A stretch of DNA of 64,000 bases from assembly GCA_017416855.1 (NCBI GenBank), contig JAFQAZ010000022.1:41675-105674 (forward strand), in the 5' to 3' direction. Below are positions 1 through 9,571 of the stretch, in pieces. The notes beneath the pieces were generated by a model, which saw only the letters and a program-made list of their open reading frames with translations, did not search any database and was not told where the DNA came from. The stretch comes from Clostridia bacterium. Its GTDB lineage: Bacteria > Bacillota > Clostridia > UBA1381 > UBA9506. The translations under genes and the position numbers were made by a program. Every line of letters starts with the position of its first letter. The first letter of the stretch is position 1.

Positions 1-98
1 TCTCTTGGCTTTTTTGCAACATAAGATGAATCTTTTTTTAAACTGTCCGTAAAAACAACTGTGTTATCTGCTAGTTGATAATTAAAAATACCCTTCAT
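1..98 (-). CDS. hypothetical protein, 5' fragment (gene runs off the window edge)
   Basis: ATG at 98-96 has AGGAGG (111-106) 7 nt upstream. The frame stays open to nt 1 (MKGIFNYQLADNTVVF...). It is too short for any functional call. Confidence 0.35.
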   Translation of the reverse strand, partial: MKGIFNYQLADNTVVFTDSLKKDSSYVAKKPR

Positions 99-242
99 TC
101 TTTCCCCTCCTTTGCTTTAAATTATATCAAAATTCAAAAAGAAACACAATACAAATGTCCTTTTTTAACAAATAAAATATAATATAAACATTTTATTCTG
201 TGTGTGTATTTGTTATAATGATCATACAAGGAGGTAGTGAAT

Positions 243-983
243 ATGTTAAGAGGAAATAAAGCTATTGTCACAGGTGCAAGCAGAGGCATAGGCTTTGCTA
301 TAGCTAAAGAACTTGCTAAAAAAGGATGTAGTGTTGTAATTACAGGAAGAAACATCAAAACCCTGCAGGAATCCGCAAAAAAAATAGAAGGAAATGTCAT
401 CCCAATGATTTGGGATGTTTCTCAGATTGAAATGGCTGACAGTAAAATTAACGAAGCCGCAGCACTTATGGGCGGATTGGATATCGTTGTAAATAATGCA
501 GGCATATTTGCCCAACGCAACGAATGGGACAAAAAAACACTTTTAGAAACCACCGCTAACGAGTGGGAAAATGTTATGAAAACAAACACAAGTGCTATAT
601 TTTTTACAATGCAGTCAGCAGTAAAATACATGCTCAACAATAATATAAAAGGAAATATATTGAATATAACATCTGTAGCAAGTTGCGAGCCTGTATATGG
701 TGCATACGGTGCATCAAAAACTGCTGCAACAGGGTTGACGAGAGGTTGGGGCAGAATGTTCGCAAATGATGGAATCACAATAAACGGAATCGCTCCCGGG
801 CCTGTTGCAACCGAAATGAACAACTGGCATGAAGGAGATGCCATAGAGCATGAGGATATTCCTTATGGACGTTTTGCAACGGTGGATGAAATTGCCGGGC
901 TTGCTATGTATCTTCTCAGCGAAGAAGCCAAAATGACCTGTGGTGAAACAGTAGTGTTAGATGGTGGTTATTCCATTCGGTAA
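243..983 (+). CDS. SDR-family NAD(P)-dependent oxidoreductase
   Basis: The translation has TGASRGIG (Rossmann), NNAG and the catalytic YGASK (YxxxK). ATG 243 has AGGAGG 9 nt upstream, whereas the track's GTG at 237 sits too close to the SD. Confidence 0.85.
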   Translation: MLRGNKAIVTGASRGIGFAIAKELAKKGCSVVITGRNIKTLQESAKKIEGNVIPMIWDVSQIEMADSKINEAAALMGGLDIVVNNAGIFAQRNEWDKKTLLETTANEWENVMKTNTSAIFFTMQSAVKYMLNNNIKGNILNITSVASCEPVYGAYGASKTAATGLTRGWGRMFANDGITINGIAPGPVATEMNNWHEGDAIEHEDIPYGRFATVDEIAGLAMYLLSEEAKMTCGETVVLDGGYSIR

Positions 984-995
984 AAGGAGATACAT

Positions 996-3119
996 ATGAA
1001 TGAGAGAATTGAAAAATTAGTTAAGAAAACCGTTGCCGGCGAAATGTGGGTGGAGCCTGTATCCACAGAGTATGATAAAAAAGATTTATTTTTGTCTCCT
1101 ATGAAAATGTCCGGTAAGCGGGTTTGTGAATATATTTTAAATCAGGAACCACTGATTTTAGAAGAATCCTGCTTGACGGGGTTAATCCGTTTTGATGATA
1201 GTGTGGAGGGGGACGTTTTTAACCGTTCCGGTCATAAAAACTTTGCTGTGGCCTATGAAATTTTTTATTTGCATCCCGTAGATAATCTGCTGAGTTTTGA
1301 ATGGCAACATTCTGTTGGAGATTTTTTTAAAGTTATTCAAAACGGTTTGAATGGTATAAAGAACGATATTGAAAAGTCGAAAACGGCACACGAAGGCGAT
1401 GAAAGTGCTATTGAATTTTTAGATACCCAATACGATTTGTGTAATGCAATTATCGGTTTGGCTCATAAAGCCTCACAAAAAGCACTTGTAGTGGCAAAGG
1501 AAACAAAAAATCCTGAATATCAAAAAAACCTGATGCGGCTCTCAGAGTCGTTGAAAAAAGTTCCTGAATATCCGGCAGAAAGTTTTTATGAAGCGGTTTT
1601 GAGTCTTTATTTCTGTTACCCCTATATTCCGGATAGTATTGGGTTGATTGACCGGTATTTATATCCCTATTTTCGTCAGGATATAGATAACAAAATAGTA
1701 ACCAAAGAAGAAGCGGCCTCTTATTTGCAGGAACTATTTTTAATGCTTCAGGCACGTAAACACATTTCTGAAGATACTTTTCATCGCGGCGGCGAATCCC
1801 ATTTCTGTTTAGGAGGATATTTAACAAACGGCGAAGACGGCTTTAATGATCTTTCCCGATTAATAGTGGAGGCTTTACTGGAACTGCCTACATGGATTCC
1901 TCAGGTTTCTCTCCGATGGACAGAGAAAACCCCTACAGAAGTTTTGCGGTTTATGCTGAACTGTGAACGAAAGGATCCCAATAAACGGATTGCTTTTGTA
2001 AATGATGAACCAAGACTCAAAGGGTTAATGAATCATGCAGGACTTTCTTTTGAGGAAGCGGTCGGTTATACCATGATGGGCTGTAACGAACTGGCACTAC
2101 CCGGCGGTATGGTCTTTGGATTTGATCCTATGAATGTAGTGCGTTCTGTGGAAAATACCTTTTATAAACGCTCAGATGACCTTGTGAAAGCAGAAAGTTT
2201 TGAAGAATTTTATGCCATTTATGAAGAGGAACTCTTTAGCGACTTATGGGAAGTAGAAAGAATCAGCAAGGGCTTTCAGAATATTCGAAGCCGTGACTGT
2301 AATATAGTGAGCAATATCTTTTTAGAGGGTTGTATTGAAAATGCTAAAAGTTGTACACAAGGAGGGCTCACAAGGTATATTGCGGTAGGCCTACCTATCG
2401 GTTTATCTAATGTTATTGACTCGCTCGCCATTACCAGACAGTTTGTCTATGATGAAAAACGCGTTACGATGGAAGAACTTATTTGTGCTCTCCGTAACAA
2501 CTGGAAGGGTTTTGAAATGTTGCGGGCAGAAATATTAAAAAGAGGCAATTTCTTTGGTAATGATGACTCCTGTTCCAACGAAGTGGCACAAAAACTGATG
2601 CAAAGCCTTGAAAAATGGAATAATACTGAAAATTATCTGCAGAAAAAGTGGTTATTTGGAAATTTGATTGGTTATCATCCATATCATAAATGGTTCGGTG
2701 AGGCTACCCAAGCAACACCGGATGGTCGATTTGCCGGAGATATGGTGAATTTTGGCATTGGTCAGACTCAGGGAAAAGACCGAAAGGGTATGACGGCACT
2801 GTTAAATGCTATAGCCAAGTGCGATCCGGGAGCGGTACTTACAGGTCCCAGCGTTACCAATGTTTTATTAGACGAACAACTTATTAAAAATGATGATCAT
2901 TTTGAAAAATTGGTCAAGCTGTTTGAAACATATTTTTCCCTTGGTGGCACTCATTTTCAACTTACATATGTTTCAAAAGATGATTTGATTGAGGCACAGA
3001 AAACACCCGAAAAATACAGAAATTTAAGAGTCAGAGTATCCGGATTTTCAGACTACTTTGTCTTTTTAAATGAGGGATTACAGAATGAAATTATTGCCAG
3101 AACAAAACACACTTCTTGA
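996..3119 (+). CDS. glycyl-radical enzyme (PFL-fold, eliminase-like Cys-x-Glu loop), 707 aa, substrate unknown
   Basis: The C-terminal fingerprint is RVRVSGFSDYF (Gly683) and the thiyl loop is MMGCNELALPGG (Cys363, Glu365). There is a strong SD (AAGGAG), and an activase gene lies immediately downstream. Confidence 0.85.
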   Translation: MNERIEKLVKKTVAGEMWVEPVSTEYDKKDLFLSPMKMSGKRVCEYILNQEPLILEESCLTGLIRFDDSVEGDVFNRSGHKNFAVAYEIFYLHPVDNLLSFEWQHSVGDFFKVIQNGLNGIKNDIEKSKTAHEGDESAIEFLDTQYDLCNAIIGLAHKASQKALVVAKETKNPEYQKNLMRLSESLKKVPEYPAESFYEAVLSLYFCYPYIPDSIGLIDRYLYPYFRQDIDNKIVTKEEAASYLQELFLMLQARKHISEDTFHRGGESHFCLGGYLTNGEDGFNDLSRLIVEALLELPTWIPQVSLRWTEKTPTEVLRFMLNCERKDPNKRIAFVNDEPRLKGLMNHAGLSFEEAVGYTMMGCNELALPGGMVFGFDPMNVVRSVENTFYKRSDDLVKAESFEEFYAIYEEELFSDLWEVERISKGFQNIRSRDCNIVSNIFLEGCIENAKSCTQGGLTRYIAVGLPIGLSNVIDSLAITRQFVYDEKRVTMEELICALRNNWKGFEMLRAEILKRGNFFGNDDSCSNEVAQKLMQSLEKWNNTENYLQKKWLFGNLIGYHPYHKWFGEATQATPDGRFAGDMVNFGIGQTQGKDRKGMTALLNAIAKCDPGAVLTGPSVTNVLLDEQLIKNDDHFEKLVKLFETYFSLGGTHFQLTYVSKDDLIEAQKTPEKYRNLRVRVSGFSDYFVFLNEGLQNEIIARTKHTS

Positions 3120-3933
3120 AGAAAAAACGAAAGCCACAATATTTGACATTCAAAGAAATTCATTTGTTGACGGACCGGGCATACGAACCACCGTGTTTTT
3201 TAAAGGATGTAATGTAAGATGTGCCTGGTGCCATAATCCCGAAAGCCAAAACTTTAAGAAAGAAATTCTGTTTTACAAAAACAAATGCACAGAATGCGGC
3301 CGATGTAAAGAATTATCCGTGGATAACGAAAACTTTTTCTGCTTAAATGAAGCAAAACAAATTTGCGGCAGAAAATACACTATTCAGGAAGTTTTAAATG
3401 AGATAATGAAGGATAAAGCTTATTATCAATCATCCGGTGGCGGTGTTACTTTCTCAGGCGGTGAATGCATGCTGCAAATCGATTTCCTTGAGGAAATTTT
3501 AAAAAAATGCAAGGAAAACAATGTACATACGGCTATTGATACAGCAGGAAATGTTCCGTGGGAAAGCTTTGAAAAAATTATACCGTACACAGATTTGTTT
3601 CTTTATGATATAAAGTGTTTTACAGAAACATTGCATATAAAAGGAACAGGGGTTTCTAACAAACTTATCTTAGAGAATCTGAAAAAACTTTCGGATAAAT
3701 CAAAAGGTGATATCATCATACGAATACCTGTTGTTTCCGGATTTAATGATTCTGCCGAGGAGATAATGCACATAGCAAATTTTTTGAAAAATATCCATTA
3801 CAGGGATATTGACCTTTTACCATATCATAAAATGGGAGCACATAAATATGAGGCACTCGGTATTGAATGTACGGACTATTACATCCCTGAAAAAGAAAAT
3901 ATAAAAAAATATAAACATCTGTTAAGCCTCTAA
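3085..3933 (+). CDS. glycyl-radical enzyme activating protein (radical SAM)
   Basis: DGPGIRT is followed by CNVRCAWC (CX3CX2C), with an extra Cys-rich insert (CTECGRC). ATG 3085 has a GAGGGA SD, and the gene overlaps the GRE 3' end by 35 nt. Confidence 0.85.
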   Translation: MKLLPEQNTLLEEKTKATIFDIQRNSFVDGPGIRTTVFFKGCNVRCAWCHNPESQNFKKEILFYKNKCTECGRCKELSVDNENFFCLNEAKQICGRKYTIQEVLNEIMKDKAYYQSSGGGVTFSGGECMLQIDFLEEILKKCKENNVHTAIDTAGNVPWESFEKIIPYTDLFLYDIKCFTETLHIKGTGVSNKLILENLKKLSDKSKGDIIIRIPVVSGFNDSAEEIMHIANFLKNIHYRDIDLLPYHKMGAHKYEALGIECTDYYIPEKENIKKYKHLLSL

Positions 3934-3970
3934 TAAAAAAAATGATATGCAAAATGCATATCATTTTTTT
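3934..3970. terminator. bidirectional rho-independent terminator
   Basis: An 11-bp perfect stem (aatgatatgca / tgcatatcatt, 3941-3951 and 3955-3965) is flanked by an A-run and a T-run. It lies between convergent genes. Confidence 0.65.
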
Positions 3971-4008
3971 ATGTCTTCATGAGCACACTGGTCAAATAGA
4001 AAACTTTT

Positions 4009-5274
4009 TTACAATATATTCTCCATAGCACACAAAATCGCGATTTTGGCACTTTCATATGTCAGACCACCCTGCAGATACACCGCATAAGGTTCGCGAA
4101 TAGGTGCATCGGCCGAAATTTCGATGCTAGCACCGGATACAAAGGTTCCGGCCGCCATAATAACCGGGCTTTCATATCCCGGCATATCCCATGGTTCCGG
4201 CCGCACCTGACTATCAATGGGCGACCCTTTTTGAATTCCCTGACAAAAGGCACAAACCTTCTCCGGCGTGCCCAGTTTCGCTGCCTGAATAATGTCCATT
4301 CGCGCTTCATTTGAAGCGGGGCACACATCATAACCTGAAAGCTCTAACATTCTGGCGGCCAGCGCTGCCGATTTCAAGCTCTCCATTACCGTATGGGGCG
4401 CTAAAAATAACCCTTGGAAAAACAATCGGTTCACATCCAGCGTAGCACCAACTTCTCCGCCGATGCCTGGCGAAGTTAAGCGGCAAGCTACTTTTTCAAT
4501 CAAATCGGCCCTACCGGCTATGTAGCCACCGGTAGGTGCCAAGCCGCCACCGGGATTTTTAATCAAAGAGCCAGCCATCAAATCAGCACCAACGGCTGTG
4601 GGTTCCTGTTCTTCCACAAATTCGCCATAGCAGTTATCCACCATACAGATAACCTCCGGCTGAATTTCTTTCACAAAGGCAATCAACTCACCCAATTCAG
4701 AAACAGAAAAGGATTTTCGCCAGGCATACCCTTTCGAGCGTTGCATCGATACCATTTTAACGGTACTGTCCATCGCCTTCCGAATACCCTCATAATCCGG
4801 TGATCCGTCTTCTAAAAGAGGAACAACCTTGCAGTTAACCCCCCAGTCCTTTAAAGAGCCGGTATCCCCTTCACCGCGAAGGCCTACTGCCTCTTCCAAA
4901 GTATCATAAGGCGTTCCGGTAACAAACAGTAAGGTATCTCCCGGACGTAAAATTCCAAAAAAGCAGGATGCCAGAGCATGAGTGCCGGACACAATCTGTT
5001 GCCGCACCAACGCACTTTCAGCGCCAAACACCTTAGCATAAATTCTGTCTAAGGCTTCCCGGCCGGCATCATCATAGCCATAACCGGTGGTTCCCAAAAG
5101 ATGCCGCTCACTAATACCTTCTTCGTGAAAGGCCGACAGCACCTTTGCCTGGTTATATTCCGCTTTCTTTTCAAATATGCGAAACACATCCGCAATATCT
5201 TCCTCGGCACGGTGCAAAAGCTCAATAGTAGAGGCTTTAACACCGTAAACCTCTTGCATAATTCGATTCATCAA
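4009..5274 (-). CDS. PLP-dependent Cys/Met-metabolism family protein (YnbB / aluminium-resistance-like)
   Basis: Its length and the SLIKNPGGGLAPTGGY block are characteristic of the YnbB-type methionine gamma-lyase-like family. It overlaps the upstream ACT gene by 4 nt. Confidence 0.7.
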   Translation of the reverse strand: MMNRIMQEVYGVKASTIELLHRAEEDIADVFRIFEKKAEYNQAKVLSAFHEEGISERHLLGTTGYGYDDAGREALDRIYAKVFGAESALVRQQIVSGTHALASCFFGILRPGDTLLFVTGTPYDTLEEAVGLRGEGDTGSLKDWGVNCKVVPLLEDGSPDYEGIRKAMDSTVKMVSMQRSKGYAWRKSFSVSELGELIAFVKEIQPEVICMVDNCYGEFVEEQEPTAVGADLMAGSLIKNPGGGLAPTGGYIAGRADLIEKVACRLTSPGIGGEVGATLDVNRLFFQGLFLAPHTVMESLKSAALAARMLELSGYDVCPASNEARMDIIQAAKLGTPEKVCAFCQGIQKGSPIDSQVRPEPWDMPGYESPVIMAAGTFVSGASIEISADAPIREPYAVYLQGGLTYESAKIAILCAMENIL

Positions 5275-5699
5275 AGTGCATAAACTTCCTTTGCTTCCAG
5301 AACACGAATACCACCATCAGAAAGAGCTTTGGCAGCCAGTTCTTCGTTATCTGTTTTCATAATTACATAGGCTTCATTGCCCTTTTTTCCGGCAAAAGCA
5401 TAGAGATATTCCAGCGCCACGCCTTTGTCACGCAAAAGGCAAATTGCTTTGTTTAAGCCACCTGGCTCATCATCAATTTCCACCACAATAACATCGGTAG
5501 ATTTAACCAGAATATTTTTCTCCTGCAAAATTGCAACAGCCTTATCAGGGTCTTTCACAATCAAACGTAAAATACCAAAATCTGTTGTATCCGCAATGGA
5601 AAGGGCGCGAATATCAATGCCGCCTTCATGTAAAGCAGTTGTTACCTTAGCCAGCTTACCTCCGGCATTTTCAACGAATACAGAAATCTGTTTTACCAT
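5271..5699 (-). CDS. ACT domain-containing protein (tandem ACT)
   Basis: This is a 142-aa protein with two ACT-like beta-alpha-beta-beta-alpha-beta halves (ISVFVENAGGKLAKVT...). It sits directly downstream of iorB. Confidence 0.65.
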   Translation of the reverse strand: MVKQISVFVENAGGKLAKVTTALHEGGIDIRALSIADTTDFGILRLIVKDPDKAVAILQEKNILVKSTDVIVVEIDDEPGGLNKAICLLRDKGVALEYLYAFAGKKGNEAYVIMKTDNEELAAKALSDGGIRVLEAKEVYAL

Positions 5700-5719
5700 T
5701 TCGTATCATCCTTTCTATT

Positions 5720-6304
5720 TTAGTGGTTATACCCCAATGCAAAAGCCTTTTGGTTTACTTCTAAGAATTTTGCGGGTACAGCATCCTCCAACGCACCTTC
5801 CCAGATTTCCTTGGATAAAGGTGAGTTTTTAGCCATCACACCAATCAATGCCACATTCACAGACTTAATGTTGCCTGCCTCTTTAGCCAAAGCCAAAGCA
5901 TCACAAGCCACAACGTTAACGCCTTTTTCCTTCATGGTCTCCAGAATATCGGCCGGATATTCCATAGCACCGGTAATCACCGGCATAGGATTGGTCTTTT
6001 GAGTGTTCACAATCATCACACCGCCTTTTTTAAGATACGGCAGACTGCGATATGCTTCCAACTCTTCAAAAGCAATAATCATATCGGCTTCTCCCTGCTC
6101 AATAACGGGAGAAGCTACTCTGTCACCATATTTCACATAGGTCACAACACTACCGCCACGCTGACTCATGCCGTGTACCTCCGAAAGCTTAACCTGTTTG
6201 CCGGCACGTAATGCAGCGGCACCTAAGATACGGCTGGCAAGCAGGGTACCCTGACCACCTACGCCTACAATCATTATATTCATCATAACCTCCATCTTAT
6301 CCAT
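5720..6304 (-). CDS. iorB: indolepyruvate ferredoxin oxidoreductase subunit beta
   Basis: It has the IVGVGGQGTLLASRILG N-terminal motif, is about 190 aa long, and sits next to the TPP/Fe-S alpha subunit. The true start may be an internal Met (6283) preceded by GGAGG. Confidence 0.8.
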   Translation of the reverse strand: MDKMEVMMNIMIVGVGGQGTLLASRILGAAALRAGKQVKLSEVHGMSQRGGSVVTYVKYGDRVASPVIEQGEADMIIAFEELEAYRSLPYLKKGGVMIVNTQKTNPMPVITGAMEYPADILETMKEKGVNVVACDALALAKEAGNIKSVNVALIGVMAKNSPLSKEIWEGALEDAVPAKFLEVNQKAFALGYNH

Positions 6305-6318
6305 TTGGGGATATTCTC

Positions 6319-8046
6319 TTATTTTTGAACAATAGCACCAAACTTACAAACGTTGGTACACAAACCACAACCGTTACACAGTGTTGCGTCAATCTTCGGT
6401 CCGTTTTCTGTCATAGAAATGGCCGGACAGCCTAAGCGCATACACATTTTACAGTTTTTGCAATCACTTGTAATTTCACAGCAGCCGGTATAACCTGCAA
6501 TTTTCAACAGAGCGCAGGGGCGCTGAGCAATAATAACAGAGGGTTCTTCTGCCGCCAGATGCTCTTTTACCACTTTTTCAAAATTCTCAACATCAAAGGG
6601 GTCTGCCACAGTGACTAAATCCACACCAACCGCATGGCACAGTTTTTCTAAATCTACCTGTTTAGCAGGTTCACCTTTAATGGTAAAGCCATTAGCCGGA
6701 TTGTTCTGATGACCGGTCATACCCGTAATGGAGTTATCCAGAATAATAACAGTGGATGTACCCTTGTTATAAACCATATCAATCAAACCGGTAATACCGG
6801 AGTGCAAGAAGGTGGAGTCACCTAAAACAGCAACAGACTTCTTGGCAAACTCACGGCCCTGAGCTTTTTCCATGCCGTGAAGACCAGAAATGCTGGCACC
6901 CATACAAATGATGCTGTCAATACTGTCTAAGGGTTTGGCACACCCTAAAGAATAACAACCAATATCACCGCTAACAGCCAGTTTTAATTTATTCAACACA
7001 TAGAACACACCACGATGTGAACAACCGGGGCACATAACCGGCGGACGGACAGGAATGGTTTCATCCACAGAATAGCTTGCCTCAGAAGTAGAACCGCAAA
7101 GTTTTTCACGAATCATAGATGCAGAATATTCACCCAACAAAGTAAATTCCTCTTTACCGCGAACCGCAAGACCCATCGCTTTAATCTGGCGTTCCAGAAC
7201 GGGATCCAATTCTTCAATTACATAGCAAACATCCACTTTGGAAACAAAATCACGAATGAGCTGCTCCGGCAGAGGATGAATCATACCCAGCTTCAGGAAA
7301 GAAGCGCTGGGGCAAGCCTCACGGGCATATTGATAAGCAATACCGGCGGTAATAATACCCACCTTCGTGTCGTTCATTTCCAGTTTATTCAAAGCAGAGG
7401 TATTGTTAAATGCAACTAAATCTGCCATACGTTTTTCCACAATCACGTGCTTGGGACGGGCATTTGCAGGCACCATAACATTTTTAGCCACATCTTTCTT
7501 ATATGCCTTCACCGGCACTTCCTGGCGCGGGAAAAGCTCCACTTCACTCTGAGAATGTGCCACACGGGTTGTCAAACGCATCAGCACCGGTGTATCAAAC
7601 TGTTCGCTGATGTCGTATGCCGCCTTCATAAAGTCACGGCATTCACCACTATCAGCAGGCTCCAGCATAGGCAGTTTAGCCGCAATAGCATAGTTTCGGC
7701 TATCCTGCTCATTCTGAGAACTGTGCATGCCCGGGTCATCAGCCACACAAAGAACCAAACCGCCATTCACACCAATATAGCTCATAGTAAACAAAGGGTC
7801 AGCTGCCACATTCAAGCCAACATGCTTCATAGCAGAAAGGGCTCTTCCGCCGGCAATAGCTGCACCGGAAGCCACCTCAACGGCTACCTTTTCGTTGGGC
7901 GCCCATTCGGAATATATTTCATCATATTTGGCAACGAACTCCGTAATCTCCGTACTGGGTGTACCGGGATAGGAGGATGCCACATTCACCCCTGCTTCAT
8001 AAGCGCCGCGGGCAATGGCTTCATTGCCTAACATCAACTTTTTCAT
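6319..8046 (-). CDS. iorA: indolepyruvate ferredoxin oxidoreductase subunit alpha
   Basis: It has a TPP motif (LGDSTFLHSG...N) and a C-terminal 2x[4Fe-4S] ferredoxin motif (CKNCKMCMRLGCP / CNGCGLCTNVC). The start was moved to MKKLMLGNEA (8046), which has an AGAGGA SD. Confidence 0.85.
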   Translation of the reverse strand: MKKLMLGNEAIARGAYEAGVNVASSYPGTPSTEITEFVAKYDEIYSEWAPNEKVAVEVASGAAIAGGRALSAMKHVGLNVAADPLFTMSYIGVNGGLVLCVADDPGMHSSQNEQDSRNYAIAAKLPMLEPADSGECRDFMKAAYDISEQFDTPVLMRLTTRVAHSQSEVELFPRQEVPVKAYKKDVAKNVMVPANARPKHVIVEKRMADLVAFNNTSALNKLEMNDTKVGIITAGIAYQYAREACPSASFLKLGMIHPLPEQLIRDFVSKVDVCYVIEELDPVLERQIKAMGLAVRGKEEFTLLGEYSASMIREKLCGSTSEASYSVDETIPVRPPVMCPGCSHRGVFYVLNKLKLAVSGDIGCYSLGCAKPLDSIDSIICMGASISGLHGMEKAQGREFAKKSVAVLGDSTFLHSGITGLIDMVYNKGTSTVIILDNSITGMTGHQNNPANGFTIKGEPAKQVDLEKLCHAVGVDLVTVADPFDVENFEKVVKEHLAAEEPSVIIAQRPCALLKIAGYTGCCEITSDCKNCKMCMRLGCPAISMTENGPKIDATLCNGCGLCTNVCKFGAIVQK

Positions 8047-8120
8047 CTTTTCCAATCCTCTTTCTGTCCGTAAAAATCCTGTTGCTCTGCCACGGACAAG
8101 CAGACAATATTCCACTATTT

Positions 8121-8149
8121 ATTGTATATTTTTTTGCATAAAAAGTCAA
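8121..8149 (-). promoter_or_regulatory. candidate sigma-A promoter for the iorA operon
   Basis: On the minus strand the sequence reads TTGACT, a 17-nt spacer, then TACAAT. Confidence 0.35.
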
Positions 8150-8166
8150 TAGAAAATGTCAAATTA

Positions 8167-8198
8167 AAAGGACTGTAAAAATAGTTTTACAGTCCTTT
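8167..8198 (-). terminator. rho-independent terminator after the 437-aa secreted-protein gene
   Basis: A 14-bp stem (aaaggactgtaaaa / ttttacagtccttt) is followed by a T-run on the minus strand. Confidence 0.6.
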
Positions 8199-8206
8199 TG
8201 ATTGCA

Positions 8207-9520
8207 TTACCGTTTGTAAACAGTTTTTGTATTCACATCCACATAAAAATCAGCCGTCTTTTCTGCCCCTTGGCAGGAGAAGAAAATTTTACCGCTGTTT
8301 TCATCTGCCGAAAAAGCAAAGGGATGCAAAACATCCAGATTAAAGCCTTCCCCCGTTTTTACCTGCTGCAGTAATTCTTCCGAAACATCACCGGTGTAGC
8401 GATCCACCAGATAGAGCCTGTCAATCACCTCACCCAAGCTTTGGGATTCTCTCATATAAATTAAGAAATATCCATCGGTTGCATAAGACCCTTTCATAAA
8501 ATCCAGCGGGTTTTTCTTCAGTTTTTCTACTGCCATATCCAGCAGATAAGAATCCACAACCGGTTGTTTTATTTCATAAGCTTCTCCTGTCGCTTCGCCA
8601 ATGGAAAAGGTAATGGAATCAATCTCCGTTTCTTTATATCGTGGCAAATCATAAACCGTAAAATAATAATCTGTATGACCGTTTCCGCCCCCTCTTTCCA
8701 CAGCAATCTGCCGCGCCTGCTGGCCATTAACGGAAATCTTAATAGTTTTGTTCACCAAATCAAACTTTTCTTTCGGATCGCAAGGGTTCTCCACTCCTTT
8801 TCCGTTGCTGACTAAAGGATCAAGGGCTTTCTGCAGATTTTCAGAATAAAAAAGCGATTTATTCTGATAAAAAGCCATACGGAATGAGTATTCTCCCTTA
8901 GCACCGGCAGACATACTCAGATCAAAATAATCCGCATCTCCCCGACCGGTTCGTTTACCGTTGTTATACCTAACCTCCGCATTACCGCTATCCGGTTCCA
9001 GATTGGCTTTACCGAAAGACATGGGGATATCATATACATAACCACTGCGGTCAGGACTCACAATGAATAAACTCCACTTTTCCGGTGACCAATCCACAAT
9101 ATAGCCATATTTTCTCATTTCTTCTGCATGGAGATAGGTTCTACCGCCAACATTATAAGCAATAATTGGCACATCGTCTAAATAAGTGACAATATCCGTT
9201 TCATAATAATCACCGCGAATGCTTCCCGCAACACCATCAGCTTTAACCACCGCTGGTGGTTTACCGTTTTCTGCATGGGGGATTGAATTCACTCTGAGTT
9301 CCCGTTCATCGGGCAACCACCGCACATGAAAGCTATAATACTGCATATCTTCTGCGCTGATTAAAGTCTCCCCGCCAATGTTAATGGCATCAATTTCCAC
9401 GCCGTTTAGGTATGTAACAATATCTGTGTAATAATACTGACCGGCCACCGCACCAAAAACCATGGGTGAAACTGCCATCAGCAAACACAGCATCAATAAA
9501 ACTGAAATCACTTTCTTCAT
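8207..9520 (-). CDS. secreted hypothetical protein with two N-terminal tandem repeat domains
   Basis: It has a signal peptide (MKKVISVLLMLCLLMAVSPMVFGA) and an AAAGGAGGG SD. Two repeats of about 49 aa begin YY(Y/E)TDIVTYL. Confidence 0.7.
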   Translation of the reverse strand: MKKVISVLLMLCLLMAVSPMVFGAVAGQYYYTDIVTYLNGVEIDAINIGGETLISAEDMQYYSFHVRWLPDERELRVNSIPHAENGKPPAVVKADGVAGSIRGDYYETDIVTYLDDVPIIAYNVGGRTYLHAEEMRKYGYIVDWSPEKWSLFIVSPDRSGYVYDIPMSFGKANLEPDSGNAEVRYNNGKRTGRGDADYFDLSMSAGAKGEYSFRMAFYQNKSLFYSENLQKALDPLVSNGKGVENPCDPKEKFDLVNKTIKISVNGQQARQIAVERGGGNGHTDYYFTVYDLPRYKETEIDSITFSIGEATGEAYEIKQPVVDSYLLDMAVEKLKKNPLDFMKGSYATDGYFLIYMRESQSLGEVIDRLYLVDRYTGDVSEELLQQVKTGEGFNLDVLHPFAFSADENSGKIFFSCQGAEKTADFYVDVNTKTVYKR

Positions 9521-9571
9521 AACAAAACCCTCCTTTAAAATAACAGACGAGCAAAATCCTGTAAATGTTTC

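Noticed and set aside
43-55. The 13-mer ctgtccgtaaaaa occurs twice (43-55 and 8064-8076), with a near copy at 25822.
   Set aside because: Tens of exact 13-mer coincidences are expected by chance in 64 kb. One copy is coding, the other is in a leader, and the flanks do not align.
7447-8031. A 194-aa plus-strand ORF, along with 7367-7552 and 7959-8141, overlapping iorA.
   Set aside because: It is entirely antisense to a well-supported TPP/Fe-S enzyme gene. It has no SD, and its Cys/His/Arg-rich composition is typical of a shadow frame.
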